From Naegleria gruberi (lineage: Eukaryota): a DNA stretch of 64,000 nt. The notes under the pieces were generated by a model, which saw only the letters and a list, made by a program, of their open reading frames with translations, did not search any database and had not been told where the DNA came from. This document shows positions 1 through 11,160 of the stretch, one piece after another (within the stretch, counting starts at the first letter, position 1; every line of letters begins with the position of its first letter). The position numbers and the translations under genes are program-made. The DNA is taken from NCBI GenBank assembly GCA_000004985.1, contig GG738873.1, one strand, 5' to 3'.

Positions 1-92
1 GAATGTTTCGATAATGTGATGGATTTTATGGGTGAACAAATATTGAAAGAGTAAATATTAATTTCACAAACATTTCCATCACTAAATGTAGT

Positions 93-3000
93 TTATTTGA
101 ATAATTGAACAGTTGTCATTTCTCTGGTGGCTTGAACTTGCTTGATAATTCTAAATTCCTCTGTCAAAACAAATCTAGAATAGGTATCCATCAAATTGTA
201 AACAATATCCGTCATTAGATCCATAATAACCTCATTGGTGGCAGTCTTTAACTCGGCAACTTCGCTTCCATTGAGAGTATTAATGTTAGTATTGAGAAGA
301 GTATTGTGGAGAATCAAGTACTTTCTTCTCGTGATTGAATTGATATTGACAGACATTTCAGAAGAGGAATCAATGTGAGTTTTGAAAAGTTCATCCATCT
401 CTGTAACAACCCTGTCCCATTCCCCAATATTCGCATTTGAAGGAGAAATGACATCTGAAAAATCTTGCTTGAATTTTTCCAAACGAATCCAAATAATATA
501 ATTCTCCAAACTCATCTCAGTTTTGGTGTATTGACGGAATAATTTCAACAAGTACTTGTTTTGTTTGAGAGTCAAAACCTCAAATTTTTCATCAAACTCT
601 TGGAAGGCATTGGCTTGCTTTTTAGTGAACCATCCTCCCTTAGTAAATTCAGTCTTGAGAGCCCAAACAACAACAAATCCACCAAATGCAATAATCAAAC
701 AAATAGTCATTAAAGTTTCAAACAAGAATATAACACTATCCATCATGTCAACTATGTCGTTATTGGTAGAGTCGCCAGAGAATCTCAAACTCAAAGTTGA
801 AAAACCAACCAAGTAAGAAACTATAAAGAAAAGCATTGCTGCCAAATAAAAGATAACCTCCGTTCTGAACATTAGTACATCATTTGAAATGAATGTTTTG
901 AAAATGGATCCTAGTAATCTACCTCCTTTTGCAAGCTCCTGAGAAAAATTATTCTTGACGAGTGCTTGTTGGGAATTAGCAGTTGAAGAATCGATTACTA
1001 ATGAATTCATTTCCTCAGCAATATCAACAACTTCATCTGACATTTGTTTGTTTGACTTTTCGAGAACTAGATCAGTAACATAAATAGCAATAATCACCAT
1101 AGTCATTATTATCAACAAGATGAAAATAGATACCGTTGAAGCAGTTGAGAATTGAGCAGTGGTAAGTGAGCTATCTCCTCTTAAAATAACAAAAATGGAA
1201 AAGTAGATGAGAAAAAGTACTCCAGTAATTATGCTAGTAACGACAAGGACAGTCTGCTTTTTCAAAATATTCAGATACTTGACCATGGAATCCTTCTTGT
1301 TTGTTTCTATTGCTTTCATCATCCACTCATAAAAATACCTGTGAACTAGATATCTGAGTGACATTATCATGTAACACCAAATAGCAGCAGCTCTCATCGA
1401 TGTAGAAATGACAGTGCAAATAGAAACCATTAAATCCAATCTCAATGAAGGGAAATATGAGTAATGGAGCAGGATTGATTTGGAAAATATTCCAACAGCT
1501 AAATTTTCAATAAACAGAGAGGCAAGAGCCAAATGTGGGGTAATGTATCTGGACTTGACAGGTTGTTTCTTCCTTAATATAATTAACAACGCAAATATTA
1601 TGCCAATAACTACAAGAAATATGGAAGAAATGGCAATATTAGCAGTGGAGAGAGAATCATGAATACTCCTATCATTCCTCTTATAGGGAGCTTCTGAGAA
1701 ATCGATAAATGCTGAGAACCTTGTTGTGTGATCACAATAGCATGTCACCGTTCCATTACTGTATGAGGTACTACAACCGTTTTGAAGCCATTTCATTTCA
1801 GTTTCATTCCAATATCTACAGACATAGGTCTTGACAATCTCTGGGTTCGAAGAGTTACTGTTAAGTGTGGAATTGATTAAGGTTTCATTGATAGTCCCCT
1901 CATCAATGGTAAAAGTTAGGGTGATATTCTCAGATAGATTGTTGAGTGGAACATAGGTACCACTTACTAGGGTCTTGAATTGTAAAATTTTGGCACCAGG
2001 AAAAGAAATAGATTGATCAGTGAAAAACTGTTCAGGAGAGGATTCAAATCGAACAATGCCAAAACTAGTAGCAGAAGGTCCCAACGCAGCACCAATAGTA
2101 GAGGGAATAGCCACACTGTGAGAGGCATCAATAGGGCTACTTCCTCTATTCTCATCTAAAACAACGAGTACTACAAAGTTTTTCGTTTCAACTTTGACTG
2201 GTTCTTTTTTTCCCTCATTCTTATTGGAGATTGCAATAGCAGAGAGTGAGCTATCAATGGCCTTTTGCATTGTTTTCAATTCGAGTGACAATTCCACAAG
2301 GTTAGAGGCAATTAGTAATAAATTAGTGGAAATATTGTTGATGATGATGGTAGCCGAATGTAATTTTTTCAAAGTGTCTGAGAAATCATTCACTGTTTTG
2401 GAAATAGCTTCCTTGCCAGCTTCTGTGAGATAGTTAGTATAGACAGAGTCGGTAATAACCAATAGAGTTTGGGTTAAAAAGATACTCTGTTCAGTGGTAA
2501 TGTTTGAGGTCTTGTTTGTGAGGGTACTAGCTATAACCTCAATCAGTTCTGTCTTGTTGGTTACATTTTGTAGATTGTTAGCAATTTGATTAATAGATCC
2601 AATATCTAGCTCTTTAATCCTACTTGGATTATCCGTTACTTGTTTTAGAGAGAAAACTGATATTGACCTTGATTGAGAACTATTACCAACAATGATATCA
2701 TAGTTTCTATCAATAATTGTGGCTTCAATTGAATATTCTCCAACAGTTAGAAGTGGCAATTTCCAGGTTAGAGAGGTTGTGTTTTCAGAGTAGAAATAAT
2801 TGCCATTCCTAATTGTAAATGTTATAATCAAGGATTCCTTCTTATTGTAATAGGTTGTAAAATTAGAGTCTGCAAAGCTTAAAATAACATGAGTGTTGTT
2901 GGACTGAGTATCCAACATGGAGCTATCTGTCAATGAGAGGATTACGTTCTCACCAGCTATTAACAGTGCTCCACAATCAAAACCATCGCTATTAGAATTG

Positions 3001-3860
3001 CAACTACAAACATCTAAAATCTGGCATTGGCCCTTTCCTTGACAGACATCTGAGCTATTGGACAATATCGAAAAACAACTAGTCAACCCACAATTCGATC
3101 CAAAATGTCCTGCAGAACATGAACAAACATCTGGAAGTGTGCAATTACCTCTCCCAGAACAAACCAATGAGCTCTGATAATCCACAGAGAAACACGAATA
3201 GGATGAACAATTAGAATCATAATATTCACTCTGACAAGTACATGAACCATTGGCCGTACAATTTCCACGTCCAGAACAAACAAGAGGTGATTCCTGTGTC
3301 AATGAATCACAAACATACAAGTTATTGCACTTATTTCCATAATAACCAACACTACATGAACAATTGTTCTTGGAAATGCACTTTCCATGACCAGAACATA
3401 CAGAAGAACTTGATGAAGACTGTCCATAGCATTTGTAATTATCACCATCATCGTCGTCATCGCCTTCATCGTCATCACTCTCGTCTGATATCGAACGGGA
3501 GTGGTGGGTCTTGTCTCGATAAATTATGTTGTTGTTGATGGTGGGTATTTCTTGGCCCTGTACCAAAATTATCCAATTAGAATTGTGTTTGAGAAACCTT
3601 CTCGGTGATGGCAACACATTATTATTATTATTCGAAATTAATAGATTCCAATAATTACTATTCGAAAATACATCCGATGAAATTAGCAAAAAGCAAACAG
3701 ACACTATGAAAATTAGAACAACACATAAGTTCCTCCTCGCCGAATAATTCCAACATAATTTTAAAACTGATGATATGTAATTCTCCTTCCGCATACATGA
3801 TAATTTCCCCTCCAAAATACAACAAGCATCATCTTCCGTATTACTTCTAACAAGTAGCAT
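93..3860 (-). CDS. Adhesion-GPCR-like receptor: signal anchor, tenascin-type EGF repeats, GPS-like motif, 7TM, C-terminal RGS-like domain
   Basis: 1255-aa ORF; repeated Cys-rich EGF-like units (CSGHGKC..CSCSVGYYGNKC, CSGRGNCT..CTCQSEYYDSNC etc.); 'CRYWNETEMKWLQNGC..CYCDHTTRFSAF' GPS-type motif immediately before seven hydrophobic helices; C-terminal 'EMSLENYIIWIRLEKFK' resembles RGS core (SxENLxFWxAxExFK). Possible N-terminal intron not resolved. Confidence 0.6.
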   Translation of the reverse strand: MLLVRSNTEDDACCILEGKLSCMRKENYISSVLKLCWNYSARRNLCVVLIFIVSVCFLLISSDVFSNSNYWNLLISNNNNNVLPSPRRFLKHNSNWIILVQGQEIPTINNNIIYRDKTHHSRSISDESDDDEGDDDDDGDNYKCYGQSSSSSSVCSGHGKCISKNNCSCSVGYYGNKCNNLYVCDSLTQESPLVCSGRGNCTANGSCTCQSEYYDSNCSSYSCFSVDYQSSLVCSGRGNCTLPDVCSCSAGHFGSNCGLTSCFSILSNSSDVCQGKGQCQILDVCSCNSNSDGFDCGALLIAGENVILSLTDSSMLDTQSNNTHVILSFADSNFTTYYNKKESLIITFTIRNGNYFYSENTTSLTWKLPLLTVGEYSIEATIIDRNYDIIVGNSSQSRSISVFSLKQVTDNPSRIKELDIGSINQIANNLQNVTNKTELIEVIASTLTNKTSNITTEQSIFLTQTLLVITDSVYTNYLTEAGKEAISKTVNDFSDTLKKLHSATIIINNISTNLLLIASNLVELSLELKTMQKAIDSSLSAIAISNKNEGKKEPVKVETKNFVVLVVLDENRGSSPIDASHSVAIPSTIGAALGPSATSFGIVRFESSPEQFFTDQSISFPGAKILQFKTLVSGTYVPLNNLSENITLTFTIDEGTINETLINSTLNSNSSNPEIVKTYVCRYWNETEMKWLQNGCSTSYSNGTVTCYCDHTTRFSAFIDFSEAPYKRNDRSIHDSLSTANIAISSIFLVVIGIIFALLIILRKKQPVKSRYITPHLALASLFIENLAVGIFSKSILLHYSYFPSLRLDLMVSICTVISTSMRAAAIWCYMIMSLRYLVHRYFYEWMMKAIETNKKDSMVKYLNILKKQTVLVVTSIITGVLFLIYFSIFVILRGDSSLTTAQFSTASTVSIFILLIIMTMVIIAIYVTDLVLEKSNKQMSDEVVDIAEEMNSLVIDSSTANSQQALVKNNFSQELAKGGRLLGSIFKTFISNDVLMFRTEVIFYLAAMLFFIVSYLVGFSTLSLRFSGDSTNNDIVDMMDSVIFLFETLMTICLIIAFGGFVVVWALKTEFTKGGWFTKKQANAFQEFDEKFEVLTLKQNKYLLKLFRQYTKTEMSLENYIIWIRLEKFKQDFSDVISPSNANIGEWDRVVTEMDELFKTHIDSSSEMSVNINSITRRKYLILHNTLLNTNINTLNGSEVAELKTATNEVIMDLMTDIVYNLMDTYSRFVLTEEFRIIKQVQATREMTTVQLFK

Positions 3861-4148
3861 GATGATATTTTCTACTTGGGAATGCGTGATAATTATTTTG
3901 ATATTGTTTTTTTTAGTGAACTTGAAAAATTATGGAAAGGAAAACCAAGGATGGATCTAGAAAGCGTAGTGACATTGATAACTGCAGTAAATTGTTTCAT
4001 AACATGACTCTGATATTATTGATATTATTAATAGAATTTTGATATCTTGAAATTGGCCTATCTGATTTGAAATTTTCAAAACTTGCATTCTTGGTCTTGT
4101 ACATTATCTTCAACAGAATACAACTGTCATAAGTCAAACATCAAAAAA

Positions 4149-6291
4149 ATGGGCAATGAACAATCAGCACCAACTTCATCAGTACCAGCAGGTACAGAAT
4201 TAGCTACAATGCCAATTCGTCGTAACACAACTAACTATGCTTCCACAGCTGGCAGCTCATCCATCACAGCCTCCTCCACAAACAACAACCTTCTCAACAA
4301 TAGTACTACATCCAACAATCACGATCCTAACAATAATTCAAATAATCAAAATAATGGAAATTTCCTCTCCCTCCTCACCACCTCCCAAACATTAATTTAT
4401 GGCTATGCAAACAATGCCTCCCATCAAGTTGATCCATTCCGATCCAATGTAAAACAATTGGCCGATTTAATCAGACCAAATGCTCTTCAACTCGCTCCTC
4501 AGGAAGGCTTCTTTCATATCAGCGTCATGTTGGATGAAATCTGCAAGACTCACGAAGACATTTTAAATAACTATCGTAAATATTTGCCACTGGTAGAGTT
4601 TGCATTGAGCGGGAAAACTGAGAACAATGTATTGTTTGGATCAGGTGGTGGTGGGAGTATTTTTGGCGCCACTTCTTCATCTGCCTCCTCTTCAAAGGAA
4701 GCCTTTGAAAAATTGTTATTCTCTCTAAAAAATCACATTAACAATACGAGGAATGCTATTGAGGGATTGGTTGCTGCTTCGGAGAGTTATGAGAGGAGAA
4801 GTTTAAAGGCTAGTAATCAATCGTCGCATTCTCAGACTGCTTCAATGGTTAATTTGTTACCAACTTCGGGAATTACTTCGTTTGATTGGTCGACAATTGC
4901 TAATAAGAAGGTAAATTTTGATTTTAATTGATGATTAATAATTTTAATAATTATTCAATAATAATATATATATTATATTATACAAATTTAATACAAAATT
5001 TTGGAATTGTTATTGAATGGATAACATACAAATATTAAATTATATTGATTGGAATAATTATTTAATATTTTAGAAATATTTTCAAATTAAGGATGAAATT
5101 GAAATATTGCTAACATACCACTTGGAAGAATTACGTGGATATAAAGAAATTGTGGAAAAGGCTAATGCAAAAGGAGATACAGAAGTTAATGTAGCAACTA
5201 TAATTTCTGATGAATTTGCTGCAGAATTTTGGAAAACTAATTGTGGAGCTAATGTATTTTCTATTGATAAGGAAGCATTTATTGACTTGTTGGATGCTAA
5301 CTTTCAGGGTTGGTCTAAACGTGTAAAAAAAACATGGGTTGAGGAGATATCAGAGCTCATAGATCCAACCTGTGACAGTGTTGTTTCCATTGTAGATTTC
5401 AAAACTGTTTTACAATGGTTCGGTCCTTTCACAATTTCCTTCTTTACACCTATGGACAGTTTTTTAGCCCAGAAACATTTTTGGGGAAGTATTTCATCCA
5501 TGGAAGCTCAACACTTACTTGATTCCCAGGAGCCTGGTACTTTCCTCATTAGATTTTCTGAAATTGAAGCTGGTGCTTTTTCTATAAGTGTTGTAGAACA
5601 AGAGAGTGATGACAATTTAGGTCTCTCAGGTGGTGAATCTACCATTTTCAAGCAAACTTCTCACTTTATATTGAGAAGGAAAAAGGAAGACCAAAAATTC
5701 CTCTTTATTCTTTGTGAAAATGATACTGAATTCAAATGTGAAACTGTTGATCAATTAATCAAACAATATCGTTTGACATTTAAATATCCATTCACTGATG
5801 AAACTCAAAAATTAGAAGTTAAACAACAAGAGGACGAGTTGGACTTTTTCAATTTTATGAAATCAACAGCTGCTCTCAGTGCTCTTGACGATGATGAAGA
5901 AAACTCAAACTTTGTAAAATTCAGAGGAAGAATTGTTGACAAGTCCATTGCCAAGCAAAATGAAAAAGTTCCTCCAAACTCTACCAAAAAGACACCAACT
6001 TCAGCCACACTCAGCACTCCAAAACCATCTGGTCACAATAGAGTTCTCTCAACAGCTAGTAGTAGTGGAAATTCTTCTCCAGTACCAAATACTCCAACTA
6101 CCATTGCTGTAGCTTCACCGACAACCACTCCTTCTACCACTCTTCCATCTGATAAGAATATCACTACACCACAACCAGCAGCATCATCATCATCTGCAAC
6201 AGTTAGTAGTAGTGCCAATTCTACCACCAGTAGTAGTAGTACACCATCAATAGATGAAAATAATATTGCTCTTGAGGAAAAGAAGCAATAA
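4149..6291 (+). CDS. STAT-family protein (poly-Asn N-terminus, helical region, EF-hand-like linker, SH2 domain); 2 exons (4149..4910, ~5092..6291)
   Basis: SH2 signature 'FWGSISSMEAQHLLDSQEPGTFLIRFSE' (STAT-type GTFLLRFSE); EF-hand-like 'IDKEAFIDLL..VSIVDFKTVLQWF' just upstream as in the STAT linker; donor GTAAAT at 4911, acceptor AG at 5073 or 5091 (both in frame); MGNEQSAP start in A-rich context. Confidence 0.75.
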
Positions 6292-6575
6292 TTTCAAGAT
6301 TAGTTTGATTTAATTGAATCATTAAATCTTTAAATTATTATCCACCATTTTATAACTTTTCTACAATTTTAGAAATGAAATCAATCTGGATTCATTGGTA
6401 ATACATCATAAACAAGCTAAATATGCTATTTGAGTATTTGGTTTATTTCAAGAAATCACCAAACAACTCAACATACCATAAATGGTTATTCATTACAAAA
6501 AGTAATTCATTTAAATTTAAATTTGCTTTAAAACCAGAGAGTCACCATCCACTTGAAAACAATAAGAAAAAAGAA

Positions 6576-7202
6576 ATGAAAGTTTATTTTGCGCTTTGCA
6601 TTGCAGTAGTTTTGTGCCTTGTCAATTTTGGAATCTGTCAAGGGGATCGTTACATTCCAAGTCATCCACTCGATCAGTACAACAAGCCAGCAGACAACAA
6701 ACATCAAGCACCAAATGCGCTTCCATACTATCCGTACATGCCAATTTACATTCCACAATTTAAGGCACCAGAATATAAAATTCCTGAACCTCCAAAGTAT
6801 ACCATTCCAGAAGCTCCTAAAGCTCCTCAAGCTCCATGGAATTATCTTCACAATGCTCCAAGTTACTATGCTCAACCATTTAATTCAGAAGAATTTAAAA
6901 AGTACATGCCAGATTGGTTAAATGCCAAACCACTCCATGCTCAACAACCAAAGGATTTCCCTAAATTCCCTCAATTCCCTCAATATGCTGGAAATCAACA
7001 TCAATATGGACAACAATATGCCTCGCCTTATGCTCCACAAGATTGGAATGAATTCTTCAAGAAGCAATACCCATGGACTGAACAATACAATGCCTTCCCT
7101 TGGAGCACTCAAAAACAAGGTTTTGCCAAACCATTGAAATCTGTTGGTTCCATTTCAGAGTCTGACAATAATGTTAGTGGAGATGAAAGCGAAACCATTT
7201 AA
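6576..7202 (+). CDS. Secreted Pro/Tyr/Gln-rich protein (signal peptide MKVYFALCIAVVLCLVNFGICQG)
   Basis: ORF with N-terminal signal peptide followed by low-complexity PxY/PQ-rich sequence (PEYKIPEPPKYTIPEAPKAPQAP..); start chosen at first Met preceding the hydrophobic leader. Confidence 0.55.
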   Translation: MKVYFALCIAVVLCLVNFGICQGDRYIPSHPLDQYNKPADNKHQAPNALPYYPYMPIYIPQFKAPEYKIPEPPKYTIPEAPKAPQAPWNYLHNAPSYYAQPFNSEEFKKYMPDWLNAKPLHAQQPKDFPKFPQFPQYAGNQHQYGQQYASPYAPQDWNEFFKKQYPWTEQYNAFPWSTQKQGFAKPLKSVGSISESDNNVSGDESETI

Positions 7203-7570
7203 AGATATTATCGTAGTGATTAATGAACAATTTTGTTAAATAAATTAACCTTAAATGTTTGTGATTGAAATGTTAAAGCTTTTTCTTTAATATGTTATAG
7301 CATCCTCAAAACAAGTACCGCTGGAACATATATAGTATAGGCCTAACTGTAACAACCTAACTTTATTTGAACTTGATCAATACATTATTGGTCATCATCG
7401 CTCTGTTCGTTCTGGGATGTCAAGTTGAACGTTCACAAAGTGAATTGCTTAGTAATCATTGTGATGCATACTCTCAAAAACATCACTATTATACCTCAGA
7501 GGTTTATGTTTGCTCGAACATTTGTCTGCCTTATCAAAATTGTTGACAATTTCTTATCAATGTTGCTTTT

Positions 7571-8383
7571 TTACACTTCGTCATCAACATCATTTAGCTC
7601 CATTCCATTGGAATGTTTTGGTTGGGTTGGTTGATAAAAGTTACTAGTAACATCTTGATTCTCTGGATTAGTAATGCATAGAATTGGAATTTCACAAGCA
7701 AGAAAATATTCTGATGAGGTGGAGCTTACACAATCTGGATCAGAATTACAATTCTCAGAATCTTCTTCTAAACGAGTTAATGTGTGATCAGTTTCATCAT
7801 TAAAAGAAAACGTACGATCTTCTTCGATAGTCTTAATAGTCAACGCTTGTGAACCAACAGTAGACAATGTTGTTGTTGTAGAAAAGAGAGATGAAGTTGA
7901 TTGTGGATAAACCTTATTATCTGACTTGTTTCTGAGAGATCCTAGTCTTGGCATGGAGAGACCTCTCTTTGGTTTTGAAGGTAAATTATCAAGGGAGGAT
8001 GTGGTGGAGTGTGTTGAAGAGATGGTTCTAGCAGTGGTGGAAGTACTAAGGAGAGATGAAGTTGGTCTATAACATGTGGATGAGGTGGAAAGTGTTCTCG
8101 AGGTGCTATTAGTAGCAGTATGTGTTGTAGCAGAGGAAATGGTTGAAGAGAGTGAATTAACCTTAATAAAGAAGGCAGGCTTGGCACTTGGTTTACGAGT
8201 CAGTATATCGACCAGTTTGTTTCCACTCTTACTAGTTTCATCATCCTTCTTCAAACTCTTCTGACTTGTCTTTTTGAGGCTTGATGATGACGACGATGAA
8301 TCACTTAGGACGGTTACTGTCGTCGAGGTTGTATTTGAATTTACAGCTGAGTTTCCCATTTTCCTTAGTCGAGAGAGAAACAA
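7571..8383 (-). CDS. Ser/Thr-rich hypothetical protein (MGNSAV.. N-terminus)
   Basis: 270-aa ORF, S/T-rich low complexity typical of dictyostelid proteins; true start may be the internal MGNSAVN Met at 8359. Confidence 0.45.
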   Translation of the reverse strand: MFLSRLRKMGNSAVNSNTTSTTVTVLSDSSSSSSSLKKTSQKSLKKDDETSKSGNKLVDILTRKPSAKPAFFIKVNSLSSTISSATTHTATNSTSRTLSTSSTCYRPTSSLLSTSTTARTISSTHSTTSSLDNLPSKPKRGLSMPRLGSLRNKSDNKVYPQSTSSLFSTTTTLSTVGSQALTIKTIEEDRTFSFNDETDHTLTRLEEDSENCNSDPDCVSSTSSEYFLACEIPILCITNPENQDVTSNFYQPTQPKHSNGMELNDVDDEV

Positions 8384-9562
8384 TGTTATATGTCTATTAA
8401 ATATTTACACGAGGTTGAGAGGTTTGTTATTTTTGAACGTTTACGTTACGAGTATATGAAGTAAACGTTGTCGAGGAGGTTCTTGTGTTGTTATTTTTTT
8501 CTTAGTGGGAGTTTGCCTGCCCCAAAGGGAAGCATGTGCTCTTGTTGAACGCAAGGCGAATTGCATTGATCTCTTTTTGAGGTTAAATAGCTTGAAAAAA
8601 GAGATTTTTTACTGCAACGAATAAGGAGTCGAATACAGTGATTTTATAAAAGAAGCTAAGGAAGATGAATAAGGTAAATGCAAGGAATTGTTTTCGCTCT
8701 CGTTATTTTTTTAAAATATTCGGTAGAGTTTGTTATTCGTCCAAGTTTGGGTCTGTGAGAAACAAACATGTGAATGATGGCTCATCAGCTCAAAATCCAA
8801 CCTCTGCAATTGTTGAATTATTCTTGTTGGTGAAGATATTGATGATGAATTAATAATGTATCCATCTCCTTAAAGTTAGTTAGCTTGTTCCAAAGAATCA
8901 AAAGAATAAATTGCTCAGAATCATCTCTGTAGTGTGGCTCACAAAAGCTGTATTGATTTTTACAGTTTCTGTTGAGGGGTTTGAGGAAGGTCGTAAATGG
9001 AACGAGCACAAGAAAGTAAAGAATTTTTTCGATAATCTCTTTTTACCTTGTTTGAGTGAATATCACGCGCAGCTCAATAACAGAGATTTTTCTGTATTAT
9101 GTACAACATTGTTTTCAAGGCGAACAAAAGGTTCATTTGTAACAACTCGCTCAATTCATTGGTCATAATTTGAATTCGGGGAATACTCTTCAAAAATTAG
9201 TTTTCAAATCTAGAAACATTTTCACCTGGTGCCCAACTCTCAATATATTTAACATAATTTTGAAAGGTGAAGGTAAGAGTTATAACTGTAAATAAACTGT
9301 AAACAATTTTTTTTTCTTTCCTTGTCGAATAGTATCACGCCAATTTATCCATTACCTCCATACCACAAGGTATGCACATTCATTGTAAACTTTTGAAACC
9401 CTACATTGTAATTTCTATCTCAGAACAAAATTATTGTCCTAATCCTCTTCCAGGCCTGATAGTTGACCTGAAAATTGAAATGAATCTTCAAACAAAACTC
9501 CGCAACAGAAACTTTGTGCTTCTCAAAATCAGCGCCTTGTTTCAACAAACACAACAAAAAAA

Positions 9563-11014
9563 ATGCAACATCATACCGTCAGATTATACTCGTTGCTGCT
9601 CATGTTGTTGGTTAGCACAGCGTTGATATGTTCGACATGGACTTTTTCAGCAGCTGTAGAAGGATCAAAACTACCAAGAATAACAACAACAACTATGGAT
9701 TATACTCCATTATTTATGCACTTGGCATTTACATCAGTGCCGACTGAGATGGTGGTTTCATTTCATACCAATGATTATGATGAAAAGATTTTGGGTAAAC
9801 CTTTTGTAAAATATGGAAAGGAGGATACATTAAAGATTGGAGCTAAAGTTTCGTGGATTGGAGCTGTGATTACTCAATATGGTGATGTGAAACATACTGG
9901 ATACGATTTTAATATTTTAATGAAGGATTTGGAATATCAAACCAAGTATTATTATCAAGTTGGGTTTTTGGGAAGTAATGTAACTTCTGGTGTTTATAAT
10001 TTCCATACCAGAACTGATCCAAGATCAATTGATAGTTTTGAAACTACAGTTGTCATGTATGGAGATCAGGGAACAACCAATTCAAAGTATGCCATTGCTC
10101 AAGTTGAGAATTTTATTCATTCTTTTTACAATGACAAGTCGGCAAAGAATATGTTTATTTATCATTTAGGTGATATTTCATACGCTGATGATTGGCCTGG
10201 AATTTTATATCAAGTAATCTGGGCTCGTTATTTAGACATGATGTCAAACATTATGCCATTTGTATCTTACATGACCTTGCCTGGAAATCATGAAAAGGGA
10301 CCAAAAATTCCACCTTATCATTCCTACGAAGAAGGATTTGTTGCTTACAATCATAGATTCTTCATGCCACTCAGAAATGATTCTCGCTTTGGACATAACA
10401 TGTGGCACTCTTTCCAACATGGTCCAATTACCTTTGTGAGTATTGACACCGAAACCAATTTCCCTCACAATTTCTATCCTGAGTACGATTTTAAGGGAGA
10501 TCAAATGAAGTGGTTAGACGAAACTTTGAGCAAAATTGATAGAAAGGTAACACCTTGGGTTATAGTTTTAGGACATAGACCAATTTATACTTCAAAGCAT
10601 GGATTTAGTAATGCTGAAGGTATTCCAGAAGGTCAAGCCATAATTGTCCAAGATGCATTTGAAGAAATATTGTACAAGTATCATGTTGATATTGCCACAT
10701 TTGGGCATGTTCACTCGTATCAGAGAACTTTTCCTACGTACAAGTTACAAGTAGAAACCAAGACTAATTATCACAATTTAAGATATCCTATTCACATTAT
10801 TAATGGAGCTGGTGGTTGCTTGGAAGGAATTACTATTTTCATGCACAAATATTCACCTTGGAGTGCAAAAATTTTCAATGAAGATGAAGCATATGGAATT
10901 TTGAGAACCTCCTATAATCCAACAACCAGAGTACACAAGATTACCTTCAATTTGCATGCTGCTAAAACTAATGAAATTGTAGACACTGTAACAATAACCA
11001 AAGATGCCTATTAA
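9563..11014 (+). CDS. Purple acid phosphatase-like metallophosphoesterase (secreted)
   Basis: All five PAP metal-ligand motifs in order: 'YGDQG', 'GDISYAD', 'LPGNHE', 'VLGHRPIY', 'GHVHSYQR'; N-terminal signal peptide; single exon; A-rich context before ATG. Confidence 0.9.
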   Translation: MQHHTVRLYSLLLMLLVSTALICSTWTFSAAVEGSKLPRITTTTMDYTPLFMHLAFTSVPTEMVVSFHTNDYDEKILGKPFVKYGKEDTLKIGAKVSWIGAVITQYGDVKHTGYDFNILMKDLEYQTKYYYQVGFLGSNVTSGVYNFHTRTDPRSIDSFETTVVMYGDQGTTNSKYAIAQVENFIHSFYNDKSAKNMFIYHLGDISYADDWPGILYQVIWARYLDMMSNIMPFVSYMTLPGNHEKGPKIPPYHSYEEGFVAYNHRFFMPLRNDSRFGHNMWHSFQHGPITFVSIDTETNFPHNFYPEYDFKGDQMKWLDETLSKIDRKVTPWVIVLGHRPIYTSKHGFSNAEGIPEGQAIIVQDAFEEILYKYHVDIATFGHVHSYQRTFPTYKLQVETKTNYHNLRYPIHIINGAGGCLEGITIFMHKYSPWSAKIFNEDEAYGILRTSYNPTTRVHKITFNLHAAKTNEIVDTVTITKDAY

Positions 11015-11160
11015 TATATTTACTGAACTAGTTTCATCTCTTTTTGATGAACAAGTAAATTGTCAATAACTTTATTTTGTATTGATTTTTTTTGTGATAG
11101 GTTCATGATCTTAAACATCTTGTCTCTCAAGTAAATCTTTCTAATTTAAAGTACTATAAT

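Noticed and set aside
556-3538. Short ORFs nested in or antisense to the GPCR-like gene (556..816, 1480..1662, 1967..2155, 2194..2433, 3083..3283, 3242..3538)
   Set aside because: They lie fully inside a long, motif-rich ORF on the opposite strand or in another frame and have low-complexity translations. The same applies to nested ORFs inside the kinase (36586..39850), A-T-R (41679..41981, 44950..45195), F-box/LRR (54168..56083) and other long genes.
8665-9626. Small ORFs in the 1.1-kb interval upstream of the purple acid phosphatase gene (8665..8853, 8911..9168, 9372..9626)
   Set aside because: Short, no motifs, mixed AT-rich composition. More likely promoter/UTR than genes.
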